A DNA stretch of 64,000 bases from Mustelus asterias. Taxonomy: Eukaryota. The position numbers and the translations under genes were made by a program. The DNA lies in NCBI RefSeq assembly GCF_964213995.1, contig NW_027590121.1, positions 62,001-126,000 on the forward strand, in the 5' to 3' direction. Below the pieces are notes generated by a model. That model was not told the origin of the DNA. It made no database searches and worked only from the letters and a program-made list of their open reading frames with translations. Positions 1-10,516 of this stretch are shown here, in pieces (within the stretch, counting starts at the first letter, position 1; each line of letters starts with the position of its first letter).

Positions 1-101
1 GTGAATGGCCTCTCCCCAGTGTGGCTGCGCCGATGAGCTTCCAGCAGAGATGGGGCTCTGTATCCCTTCCCACAGTCCCCACATTTCCATGGTTTCTCCA
101 T
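1..101 (-). CDS. C2H2 zinc-finger gene, N-terminal part (runs off the left edge)
   Basis: Minus strand from ATG at 101-99 reads [33 protein letters not shown], a C2H2 finger plus TGERP linker. Upstream 102-700 is an inverted paralogue of 3890-4475. Confidence 0.8.
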   Translation of the reverse strand, partial: MEKPWKCGDCGKGYRAPSLLEAHRRSHTGERPF

Positions 102-1761
102 GGTGCAGGTGTCCTTGCCGTTCTCTTGGGTGGACAATCAGTTGAAGCCTCGTCCACACACAGAACACGAGTACAGTCTCTCCCCGCTGTGAATGGTGTG
201 ATATTTATTCAGGCTGTGTAACTGGTTAAAGCTCTTTAGTCCATGCACTGGAAGACTCTCACTTGAGTGTGGCAGCGTGTTGGTGCTTTTCCAGTCACAC
301 TGATGTTTGGAATCTTTTCAAATCAACAGACTGGACAATAATTTCTCCTTCTAGATTCAAAGGCCGATGATATTCAGCTCCCAAGGAATATGACTCTGTC
401 AGATCTAGACGTGACGTTTGAGATTTCGGCCTGTGATTCCTCTTTCAGTATCCTGTGAAACAAGTTTACAAAAGTCATCAGTGTCAGTACAGGATGGAAA
501 TTCAGAACAGACAATTCTAGTTTCTATGGAACATTCTTTCCTATTTCAGTCCCAAAACATTGTGAATCTCCATCCCACACACTCTCCCTCCATTCTCACT
601 CTGCTGTATCTAATATTCACCCTCCCAATTCTCCTGAAGGTGCTGATTGAGGCTGATTGACAGATCCATGCTCACTGCTTCCTGTCCTGGACACAGAGAC
701 CATAACAAATAGGAGCTGCAGTCGGCCATTTGGTCCATCGAGCCTTTTAAACTATTCAATGAGATAATTCGTTCATCTACCTCGGCATCATTCTCCCCAC
801 ACTAAACCCATATCCCTTGATATCCTCAATATCTAGAAACCAATCAATCTCTCTCTTGAAAATAGTTGATGACTGAGGCTTCACTGTCCTCAGGGGTTGA
901 GAATTCCAAATCTTTACCACATCCTTGGGTGAAGAAATCCCCCCACGTATTAGCTTCTGCTCCATCTTCTTGTCTGTTCCCCATAACCCTTGTCAGTCAA
1001 AGATCTGTCTAACTGGGATATATTCAATGATCCTCAGCCTCCACTGGTCCCTGTGGAAGAGAAATCCAAAAGACTAACAACCCTCTGAGGGAAGAGACGT
1101 CTGGAAATATATAACGTAGCTACAGTTCCATATTACAAGATATTCAGATCCCAAGGAATATGACTCTTTCTAGATGTGGCGGTTGAGATTTTTGCCTGTG
1201 ATTCCTCGTTCAAAATCCTGTGAAATGAGTTTGCAAAAGTCATCACAGTCAGTATAGGATAGAAATTCAGAACAGACAATTCTAGTTTCTCTGGAACATT
1301 CTTTCCTATTTCATTCCCAAAAAGTTGTAAATCTCCATCCATATCTATGGATTCTATTTACAAATGAAAGTGGATGAGCACTTGAAGGAAATAAACTTGC
1401 AGGAGAATGGGGATATCGAGTGGGAATGGGACTGGAATGTTATACAGAGAGTCAGCCTGGACTCGAGTTACCAAATGGATTCCTTCTGTGCTGTAATGAC
1501 TTTATGACTGGAAGTGTATAACATCGCTGCAGCATTATATTACAATGCATGAAATAATAATAAATGTATTTTATTACAGAAGCATAAAGAATGTATCTAA
1601 TCTGAGTACCATATAACACTAGACATATCTCTGTCCTATATTAATTTACTGTACGCCTGAATGTCAGCCATCTCCTGGGGAAAGCTGCCCTTTAATGTGA
1701 ACATGAGGAAAAAGACCATCCTTTTCGACAGACAAATAAATGTGTCAAGCTGAGGGAGCAA

Positions 1762-2245
1762 AGGATGTTTACCAGGCTGATTCAGGGAATCGCGGGACTG
1801 ATGTATGAGGAGAGACTGACGAGGTTAGGATTGTTTTCGTTGGAGTTCAAATGAATGAGGGGGGAATCTCAAAGAGACTGATAAAATTCTAACAGGTCGA
1901 GACAGGATAGATGCAGGGAGGATGTTCCCGATGGAGTCCAGAACCGGGGGTCACAGTCTGAGGATTCAGGGCAGACCATTTAGGACGGAGGTGAGTAGAC
2001 ATTTCTTCACCCAAAGAGTGGTGAGCCTGTCGAATTTATTACCACAGGAAGTAGTTGGTGCCAAAACATTGAATGTATTCAAGAGGTGGCTGGATATAGC
2101 ACTTGGGGCGAATGGGATCACAGGTTACGGGGAAAAAGCAGGATTAGGCTATTGAGTTGGGTGATCAGCCATGATTGTAATGAATGGCGGAGCAGGCTCG
2201 AAGGGCCAAATGGCCTCCTCCTGCTCCTATCTTCTATGTTTCTAT
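1762..2245 (+). mobile_element. CR1-type LINE 3' fragment
   Basis: ORF 1922-2155 (GHSLRIQGRPFRTEVSRHFFTQRVV) matches the C-terminus of ORF2 at 53733-56609. A CR1-like 3' tail follows. Confidence 0.85.
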
Positions 2246-2469
2246 ATCAATGTCTTTAAGAGAGAGAGAGACCTGGGCCAACCTTCCCAGAGTCTGCAAC
2301 CTCCCTGGATTCACTTCCTTTCCCTTCAGTTGCTGCAAGTCCCCAATTTCCCGCAGAATGAGAAGAGAAACTCACAGATGTTGGCCTCCTTTAGGTCAAA
2401 CTCACAGATGTGAACGACAGGAGAAAGTTTGACTCTCTCTGAATCTCCATCTTCAATCACACAAGGCCC

Positions 2470-2835
2470 GCGCTCTCAATGGCTGGAGGACCAGAGTCCT
2501 TCCGGTCCTCCAAATCTTCCTATTGGCCAGAGCTGGTAAGGGGCCGTGAATCAAAGGTGCGCATGTGCGAGTTTGGGGGGAATGCGCATGTGCGGGTGTG
2601 GGGCGGGGCCCGGGACAAAGTCGGCGCACTGACCATTGTCTGTCCGGCTCTTCCAGCCTTTCCCATTGGACAACAGCTCAGCGCGGCTGGAGGACAAAGT
2701 CCCGCCCACCCCCACGTGGGGCTCCGCCCCTCATTGTCTGTCAACGGGGTTTGACCAATGGAAACTCCGGAGGACCAGAGGTTCTCTGGTCCTCCAGCCA
2801 ATCAGAGCTCCCCATTGCCTGAATGCGGAAGTGGA
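2470..2835. promoter_or_regulatory. Bidirectional CpG-rich promoter between divergent ZNF genes
   Basis: Several CCAAT/ATTGG boxes, GC boxes (GGGGCGGGG), two NRF1-like TGCGCATGTGCG motifs and an E-box CACGTG, bracketed by an inverted repeat (2477-2510 / 2770-2803). Confidence 0.65.
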
Positions 2836-2837
2836 CA

Positions 2838-2918
2838 ATAAGACCATAAGACATAGGAACGGAAGTAAGGCCATTCGGCCCATCGAGTCCACTCCACCAT
2901 TCAATCATGGTTGATTTC
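2838..2918 (-). mobile_element. Very short 5'-truncated young CR1 copy (3' tail only)
   Basis: Reverse complement of 56608-56688 with one mismatch by eye. Confidence 0.85.
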
Positions 2919-3029
2919 GAGCTTGTTCAGCTGCTCATTCCTGCCCAGCGAAGCTGCTGCCGCTCTCTCTCTCTGAATGAAGATTGAGCTTCAGACACAG
3001 ACTCAAGGAAGTGAAAAGAATCAGCCAAT

Positions 3030-3140
3030 GCCTACGACCATACTAGTCTGAAAACGCCTGATCTCGGAAGCTAAGCAGACTCAGGCCTGGTTAGTAGTTG
3101 AATGGAAGACCTCCTGGGAATACCAGGTGTAGTAGACTTT
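3030..3140 (+). pseudogene. 5S rRNA-derived sequence with 10-nt internal deletion
   Basis: GCCTACGACCATAC...GATCTCGGAAGCTAAGCAG...GCCTGGTTAGTA...CCTGGGAATACCAGGTG...CTTT follows vertebrate 5S. One of the two GATCTC repeats is collapsed. Confidence 0.9.
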
Positions 3141-3471
3141 AGGGTGGCATGGTGGCACAGTGGTTAGCACTGCTGCCTCACAACGTCAGGGACTCGGGTT
3201 CGATTCCTGGTTTGGGTCACTGTCTGTGTGGAGTTTGCATGTTCTCCCCATGTCTGCGTGGGTTTCCTCCGGGTACTCCGGTTTCCTCCCACAGTCCAAA
3301 AGATGTGTGGGTCAGGTGGATTGGCCATGTTAAATTGACCCTTTGTGCCAGGGGGACAAGTTAGGTGAAATGCACAGGGGTACGGGGATAGGGCCTGGGT
3401 GGGATTGTGGTTGGTGCAGACTCGATGGGCCGAATGGCCTCCTTCTACACTATAGGATTGTATGATTCTAT
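3141..3471 (+). mobile_element. HE1-type tRNA-derived SINE
   Basis: A box TGGCACAGTGG, B box GGTTCGATTCC, core TGTCTGTGTGGAGTTTGCA, and CR1-shared tail CTCGATGGGCCGAATGGCCTCC...ATGATTCTATG. Confidence 0.85.
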
Positions 3472-4474
3472 GAAGTGAATCCAGAGAGGGTGCAGACTCT
3501 GGAAAGGTTGGCCCAGCTCTCTCTCTCTCCCTCTCTTAAAGACATTGACATTCTTTGCTCCCTCAGCTTGACACATTGATTTGTCTGGTTAAGAGGATGT
3601 TCTCTTTCCTAATGTTCAGAATTAAAGGGCTGCTTTCCCCAGGAGATGGCTGACATTTAAGGGGACAGTAAGTTAATATAGGACAGAGATATATCTCGTG
3701 ATTTTTTTTGTCACAGATTCGATAAATTATTTATGGTTCTGCAATGAAGTAATTTATTCTTATTTATATTCTTGTAATATTGTACTGTACCTATGTTATA
3801 TACTTCCAGTTATAGAGTCATTCCAGCAAAGGGGTCCTTTCAGCCACACAAGTCCGTCCTGACTCTTGGTAAAAGTCTCTTAGTTCTGGAAGCAGTGAGC
3901 ATGGATCTGTCAATCAGCCTCAATCAGCACCTTCAGGGGAATTGGGAGGGTGAATATTAGATACAGCAGAGTGAGAATGGAGGGAGAGTGTGTGGGATGG
4001 AGATTCACAGCTTTTGGGGAATGAGAGAGGAAAGAATGTTCCATAGAAACTAGAATTGTCTGTTCTGAATTTCTATCTTGTACTGACAGTGGTGAATTTT
4101 GTAAACTCCTTTTACAGGATATCCGAAGGTGAAGATTTGCAGGCAGAAATGTCAAACCAAATGTCACACTAAGATCTCACAAATTCACTCTATTTATCGG
4201 AACCTGAATATCATCAGTCTTTCAATTTAGAAGGAGAAATTTTTGTCTGTTCTGTCTTTTTCAGGAGATCTTAAATATCAGTGTGCCTGGAAAAGCACTG
4301 AAACACACACACACCTGAGTGAGCGTGTTCCAGTGCACGGACTGTGGAAAGAGCTTTAACACAGTTGAACAAACATTGCACCATTCACATCAGGGAGAGA
4401 AATTAATTGTGTTCTGTGTGTGGACGAGCCTCAGTAGATCGTGAAACCAGCAGAGTCACAAGGACACCCGCACC

Positions 4475-5286
4475 ATGGAGAAACGGTGGAAATGTGGGAC
4501 TGTGAGAAGGGATTCAATTACCCATCAAAGCTGGAAACGCATCGACGCAGAAACACTGGGGAGAGGCCATTCACCTGCTCTCAGTGTGGGAAGGGATTTA
4601 GCCAATTCTCCCTTCTGCTTACACACCAGCGAGTTCACACCGGGGAGAGGCCGTTCGCCTGTTCTGAGTGTGGGAAGGGATTTAGTGATTTATCCACACT
4701 GCTGAGACATCAGCGAATTCACAATGGGGAGAGTCCATTCACCTGCTCTGACTGTGGGAAGGGATTCATTCAATCATCCCGTCTGCTGGCACACCAGCGA
4801 GTTCACACTGGGGAGAAGCCATTCACCTGCCCTGTTTGTGGAAAAATTTTCAGTAATTCATCCACGCTACTGACGCACCAGCGAGTTCACACTGGAGACA
4901 GACCGTTCAATTGCTCTGACTGTGGAAAGGGATTCATTCAGTCATCCCACTTGCTGACACACCAGCGGGTCCACACAGGGGAAAAGCCATTCACCTGCTC
5001 TGAGTGTGGGAGAGGATTCAGTGATTCATCAAACCTGCTGACACACCAGCAAGTTCACACTGAGAAGAAACCATTCAACTGCTGTGTGTGTGGAACGGGA
5101 TTCAAACATTCAGCAACCGTGATGAAACACCAGCGAGTTCACACCAGGGAGAGGCCGTTCACCTGCTCCATGTGTGGGAAGGGATTCACATTGTTATGCA
5201 ACTTGCAGAGACATGTGATGGGTTTGATGCTGGTGAGAAAGGGGGGAGGGTCAGGTAGAACAAAGAGAAAGTCAGGGATTGGTTAG
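4475..5286 (+). CDS. C2H2 zinc-finger gene (7 intact + 2 damaged fingers), frameshifted just after the family-typical ATG; possible pseudogene
   Basis: ORF 4441-5286 has tandem CxxC-x12-HxxxH fingers with TGE(R/K)PF linkers. ATG 4475 (MEKRWKCG) is one base out of frame relative to the paralogue at 1-101. The last finger is cut off by repeat sequence near 5215. Confidence 0.85.
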
Positions 5287-5999
5287 AGGGCGGGTGGAGA
5301 TTAAATGACAAAAATGTCCCGGAACCCAAGGCAAAGGGAGAGGTAATGGTTGTAATAAAGAAACAATAAGAAGTTTTAACAACAGCAGGTTAAAGTCCAA
5401 GAGGAACCTGGTGTTGTTAAAACTCTTACTGTGTTTACCCCAGTCCAACGCCAACATCTCCACATCGTAAAGAAACAAAGCATTGGCCCAGAGTAAGTGT
5501 GAATGGTAGAATAAAGGACAGCTCTGTCTGGAAGCAAAAAAACATGAAAACAAGATGCAAACTGACACTCAGCAAATAAAAAACAAATCCAAATGGAGGA
5601 GAGAGTTCAGGGTGTGAAGTTGTTGAACTCAACGTTGAGTCCAGAAGGCTGTAAAGTGCCTCATCGGAAGATGAGGGGCTGTTTGTCCAGCTTGTGTTGG
5701 GCTTCTCCGGAACATTGCAGCAGGCCGAGGACAGAAATGTGAGCGTGAGAGCAAGGTGGTGAATTCTAATGGCAAGCGGAAGGTCAGGGTCATGCTTGTG
5801 GACTGAGCGGAGGTGTTCCACAAAGAGGGCAAGGAACAGGCTACAGATGAATTAAAGAGAACCCATTTGTGTCCAGAACATTGTGAACATCCTTTTACTC
5901 TGGTTGTCTTTGATCCTTACAAATGCTGCTAGAACTGCTGAGATTTTCCAGCATTTTCTCTCTTGGTTTCAGATTCCAGCATCCGCAGTAATTTGCTTT

Positions 6000-6660
6000 T
6001 ATAAGGCTGCAGATACCTCCTCCCAAGTAACATGCGTGTGCCCAAGACATCATCACTTGTTTCCCTTATTTCTTTAGCACCCATGGTGCTCTCCGCAGTA
6101 AACACAGAGGAGAAGTATTCATTAAAAATCTCACCCATCTCCTGTGGCTCCACACACAGATGGCCATACTGATTTTTAAGGGGATCTATTCTCTCTCTAG
6201 CCACCCTTTTACTCTTAATATAGCTATAGAACCTCTTGGAATTTTCTTTAATCTTACCTGCCAGATCCATATCAGACCCTCTTTTTGTCCTCCTGATTTC
6301 CCTCCTCAGTATTTTCTTACACTTTTTATAGTCAGAGTGATTCACTTGTCCCCGATTTCCTAAACCCAATGTATGCTTCCTTCTTTTACCTGACCAGAGC
6401 CTCAATGTCCCTTGTCTGCCAGAGATCCCTAAATTTACCATTATTTCCCTTCACCTTAACAGGAATATACTGCCCCTGGACTCTTGATATCACACTTTTA
6501 AAACCTTCCATTTGCCAGTCATTCCTTTCCCTTCAAACAAACTCACCGAATCGACATCTGCTCGATCCTGCCTAATGCCCACAAAAGTGGCCCTGCTCCA
6601 GTTTAGGGCCTTGACCTGTGGACCTGTCCTATTTTTTTCCAGAACTATTTTGAAACTATT
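6000..6660 (-). mobile_element. CR1 LINE ORF2 internal fragment
   Basis: ORF 5929-6441 (KIKENSKRFYSYIKSKR...EIFNEYFSSVFT) is homologous to ORF2 of 53733-56609. Confidence 0.85.
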
Positions 6661-6934
6661 GGTGCTCCCAATAGTGCTCCCTGACTGACACTTCAGTCAC
6701 TTGCTCCACCTCGTTTCTTAACTGTCTAATAGAAAGTGAGTCCAGGAATTGATGATGAAAAATAAGGGGCTGGGAGATGAATTGAACAAGTATTTTGCCT
6801 CGGTGTTCACAATAGAGGATACAGTTAAAACTCAGAAACAGCTGGAAATCAGAAAACAGAAGTGTGGGATGAACTCTGAAAAAGCACAATTCCCAGGGAA
6901 GTGGTCCTCAGCAAACTGTTGGAGCTGTGGGCTG

Positions 6935-7092
6935 ATGAGTCCTCGGGTCCTGCTGGGCTGGTGAGTCCTCGGGTCCTGCTGGCCTTCATTCTCGGGTCCT
7001 GCTGGGCTTCATTCTCGGGTCCTGCTGGGCTTCATTCTCGGGTCCTGCTGGGCTTCATTCTCGGGTCCTGCTGGGCTTCATTCTCGGGTCTT
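6935..7092 (+). repeat. 23-bp minisatellite (CTCGGGTCCTGCTGGGCTTCATT), about 6.5 copies, inside a CR1 fragment (6720-7095)
   Basis: Units start at 6942, 6968, 6991, 7014, 7037, 7060 and 7083. Confidence 0.9.
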
Positions 7093-7129
7093 AACAGAGG
7101 GAGATCGTTGATGTTGTTCAATTTTCTTA

Positions 7130-7370
7130 ACCGTCCGTCGCCATTACCCTCACTGCGCATGCTTCAGGTCCCGCCCCTCATTCACCCCGATTGGTTGGAG
7201 GACCAGCCGCTCCCGCTCGGTCATCCAGCCCCGCCCCCTCTTCCTATTGGCCCGGAGCTGCCGTCAATCAGTCCCGGGGCATTGTGATGTGGAGCATGCG
7301 CAGTGTCATTGCTGTCCTTGGCGCTTGTTTGTCCCGGAGAAGCGGAGTCAGCGTTCGGCGGTGGCTGGGA
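7130..7370. promoter_or_regulatory. Second CpG-rich promoter-like segment
   Basis: ACTGCGCATGC / GCATGCGCAGT (NRF1-like), CCGCCC boxes and ATTGG boxes. It resembles the 2470-2835 promoter (GGAGGACCAG, CCTATTGGCC). No linked CDS identified. Confidence 0.5.
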
Positions 7371-8839
7371 GGATTTGGAAACACTTTGTGGATCCGCAAA
7401 CCCTTCAGAATCATTGTCAGCTCCCTGGTTTGCAGCTGCGGGGCTTCTCCCTCCCTCCCTCCCGGGAACAGGCCCAGGTTAACGGCCCCATCCTGGCTCA
7501 GCCACTGGAGGATGGTTCACATCAGAGGATGGGGGAGGGGGACAATAAATAAGAGGTTACACTTTGGCCTCAAATCAATGAGGACTCTGATCTCTGGGAA
7601 GGGACCAGGAGAGAAAATAATTAATTGATTTTATTTTCACTCTGTACAAAAGAGAACTGAACTCAGCCAGAATCGAGGGTGGGAGAAAAGATTTGTGAAG
7701 ATATTTCACACTGGGTTTGCCAGGCTGACCAACTCTCTCAGAGAAAATGAAAGGACATCCTTCATGAGTCTGTCGGAGCAGGTGAGCAGTATTGTGTGCG
7801 GTGCTGCTGGAACTGCGTGGGTGGGCAGGGGCTGGTTGGCAGCCAGAACAGTTGGAAGAGGGTGCTGCACACATCCATCTTATGGGTGAAACAGCACCCA
7901 TACACCATGCAGCCGAGCACAGTGGACTCAAACACGGGACAATCCATTGAAATATGAGATGGTTAGTCAATGTGGGAGTTGGTGGCAGGACAGGGAGGAG
8001 GGAAAGTGTTCAGGATGAGGATTTACTGCTTTACAGGAACAAGTGAGGAAACGATGTTCCACAGAACATAGTTTCAAATTCCAGCATCCGCAGTAATTTG
8101 CTTTGATTCCAAATAAACTTATTGGACTTTAACCTGGTGTTCTGAGACTTCTTACTGTGCAAACTCCACAGAGACATTCACCCACCGCTGGAATCGAACC
8201 CAGACTCAGTGAGGCAGCAGTGCGAACCACTGTGCCACAGTGAAGGTAATTTCGGGTGATAACAATGGACTGGATGTTGCTCAGAATGTGGAGCACTGCA
8301 GCAAAGTACAGAGAGACAGAGACAGAGCAGCAGACTGGACTGAGAAATGGAGTCTGCAGACTGGAACTGGCAGCATGAGGAGAGGTTATTTAGTCTAACA
8401 CCCACAACAATCTACAACCCACCCCCATTACCGAGACAGTGAGACAGAGATTACAAACACTCACCAACACAGCTCCACTGAAACGTCCCAGGAAAAAGAG
8501 GGAATCTGTGGCAGTTTCTGTCCTGAAATAGCCCCAGGACTGTCACTCAACCCCCCAACCCGGCCCAGTTCACAGCTCAGCCTCTCAGCTTGCAGCTTCC
8601 TGCACCTTGAGCCAACCCTGCCCAGGTGTCGGAGGGATGTGGAACCACAGAGTGGGGGAAGGGGTGACCACCTGCGGTGCCCCAAATAGTTTCTCCTTCC
8701 CCTCCCCCTTGGCTCTCTAAGGTCTGAATGTGGATGTGTTGATGGACATTGCAGAGCCTCACTGAGCTTTTCCTGGGTCACCCCTCCCCCTGGGTTCAGT
8801 GTGTTCAGTTCGCTGCTTCTTTCCCTGCTGAACTTTCAG

Positions 8840-9012
8840 TTAATCAAAAACAGAAAGTGCTGGAAAACCTCAGCAGGTCTGATCGCATCTGTGATCATCC
8901 AGACTGGAAGCAGTAACTCCATTCTCTCTCCACAGATGCTGTCAGACCTGCTGAGATTTTCCAGCATTTTCTGTTTGTTTCAGATTCCAGCATCCGCAGT
9001 ATTTTGCTTTTA
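8840..9012. repeat. Palindromic dispersed repeat (Penelope-associated/MITE-like)
   Basis: Arms AAACAGAAAGTGCTGGAAAACCTCAGCAGGTCTG / CAGACCTGCTGAGATTTTCCAGCATTTTCTGTTT. Related copies near 5920, 18320, 26990, 35225 and 51840. Confidence 0.75.
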
Positions 9013-9504
9013 TCTTCATTTAAACAAGCATTCTTTCATGGCCTTTACCCCCATTGCTCCTTTCCAGAGCTTCCCACCTTCTGCTATTGTCCCTGACTCC
9101 CACATTAACTCTGTCATTCCTTCCCTTTATCCCGCTCACATCCCGCTCGAAACTCAGGCTCAGAGTTTTAGCGCCATCTCCCCCTCCCCCAGCTCCCACA
9201 TCCCAACACCCGGAATCTCTAACCCAGCGGTTCCAGTTTGTCTGGTTTGAGTTCAGATTTGCCGCAGCACCGACAGGATTTCACTTCAAACCAGCCGGGA
9301 CTGACTGCTCACAAATCCCAAAATGTTTCTCCAGCAGCCCGGACTTGTTAATGTTGTTTAAAGTCAGCGCCCAAATGCAGTTACTCTCCTCAGTTTAAAA
9401 AACTTCTCCGTTTAATCCAAAGTATTATTCGCACCAGACATAAACACAAAATTGTGAACGTTACCCTCCCGCGCCCCCCCCCCTCCGAACTCCCCCCCCC
9501 CCCC

Positions 9505-10110
9505 CTGCTCTGAAAGCTTCCCCAACAAGTGGAATGTAGCTTAAGAGCGAGGGAGCTTTGTCCCGATTCTCACGGTATAGCTGCAATGAGTAGAAAGTAG
9601 CAGTGGTGGAATAGCTGAAATTGATGATCACAGAGTCGCCTTCGAACTGTGTCGCTGTAACCGGCCCCTGTGCGACCGAGTCTGCAGCAGGAATATCTGT
9701 CCTATTTCAGAAATAGAGAACATTTTGTTATCATTTTATTACAACCAAGATTATCAAATTAACAGAACATATTGTAGATGCAGGAAGCACACGGTTAAAA
9801 GTAAAAATACTCTGTGAGTAACATTAACAACAGATAATTGTTTAACTTGGGAGCTCCCAGTTAGGAGACCAGTAGCTGTGAAGAATGAGTAAAAGGTCCC
9901 AACATGTTCACAGAGCTGATGCTGGATCTGAACTCAGTGAGTTTGAGCTCAATAGTTTTAGGTAAGAGTTCAGAAGATGTGCAGTGACATCCGGTCCGGC
10001 AACCCGATTGGTCTATTCCTGACAGAGCGACAGGTGACAACCAATCGGTTCACTGCTCCTTTGTCCCATATTTCATCCAATCAACACGTAGTTTGTGACG
10101 TCAGTGAGCT
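9505..10110 (-). pseudogene. TCR alpha/delta-like V gene 'A1', 5' half: promoter, degenerate leader, intron, FR1-CDR2
   Basis: After acceptor ACAG (exon starts 9696) reads IPAADSVAQGPVTATQFEGDSVIINFSYSTTATFYSLQLYRENRDKAPSLLSYIPLVGEAFRA, colinear with 59781-59970. Promoter has TGACGTCA (10096-10103) and three CCAAT boxes. Confidence 0.8.
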
Positions 10111-10139
10111 GGGCAGATGAAAGACCAGCAGTGGCCACT

Positions 10140-10369
10140 TTGCCTTTGGAACATGTCCCTTCTACCCCTCTACCGCGGCTACGTTCGCGGCCAGGTGTCC
10201 CTGGAGAGGGAGCATGTGGTGTCCACGGGCGAGGTTGACGCTTTCCGCGCCCGCTGGGCACCGCAGGGGTTGGGGTGCATTATTGACCCTAATAATCACA
10301 TTTTAATTTGATGTTTTTTAAGTTTCCTTTGTGCTTTGATTTCTGTTCGGGCTGTTCCCCCTCCTTTTT
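10140..10369 (+). mobile_element. Non-LTR retrotransposon (Tx1/L1-like) 3' fragment
   Basis: ORF end LPLYRGYVRGQVSLEREHVVSTGEVDAFRARWAP followed by a T-rich 3' UTR. Family assignment is from recall only. Confidence 0.45.
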
Positions 10370-10516
10370 GGGGATTCGATTTTCTTCATCTTTAGACACT
10401 TGAAAAAATGAGGGGAATTTGACTATCCGTGAGCTGCGGCTGATTGACAGCGCGATGTATTTCTGCGGACTGAGATGTACAGTGACAGGAAGCTGAGGGA
10501 CCCTCGTACAAAAACA
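10370..10516 (+). pseudogene. TCR V gene 'A1', 3' half (FR3) with 23-RSS
   Basis: RFSSSLDT*KNEGNLTIRELRLIDSAMYFCGLR, then TACAGTG (10478-84), a 23-bp spacer and ACAAAAACA (10508-16). In-frame TGA and a mutated heptamer. Confidence 0.85.

Noticed and set aside
3141-3215. tRNA-like heads of HE1 SINEs as tRNA genes
   Set aside because: They continue into SINE core and LINE-derived tail.
6935-7092. CRISPR-like periodic repeat
   Set aside because: No spacers, eukaryotic context, and the unit derives from CR1.
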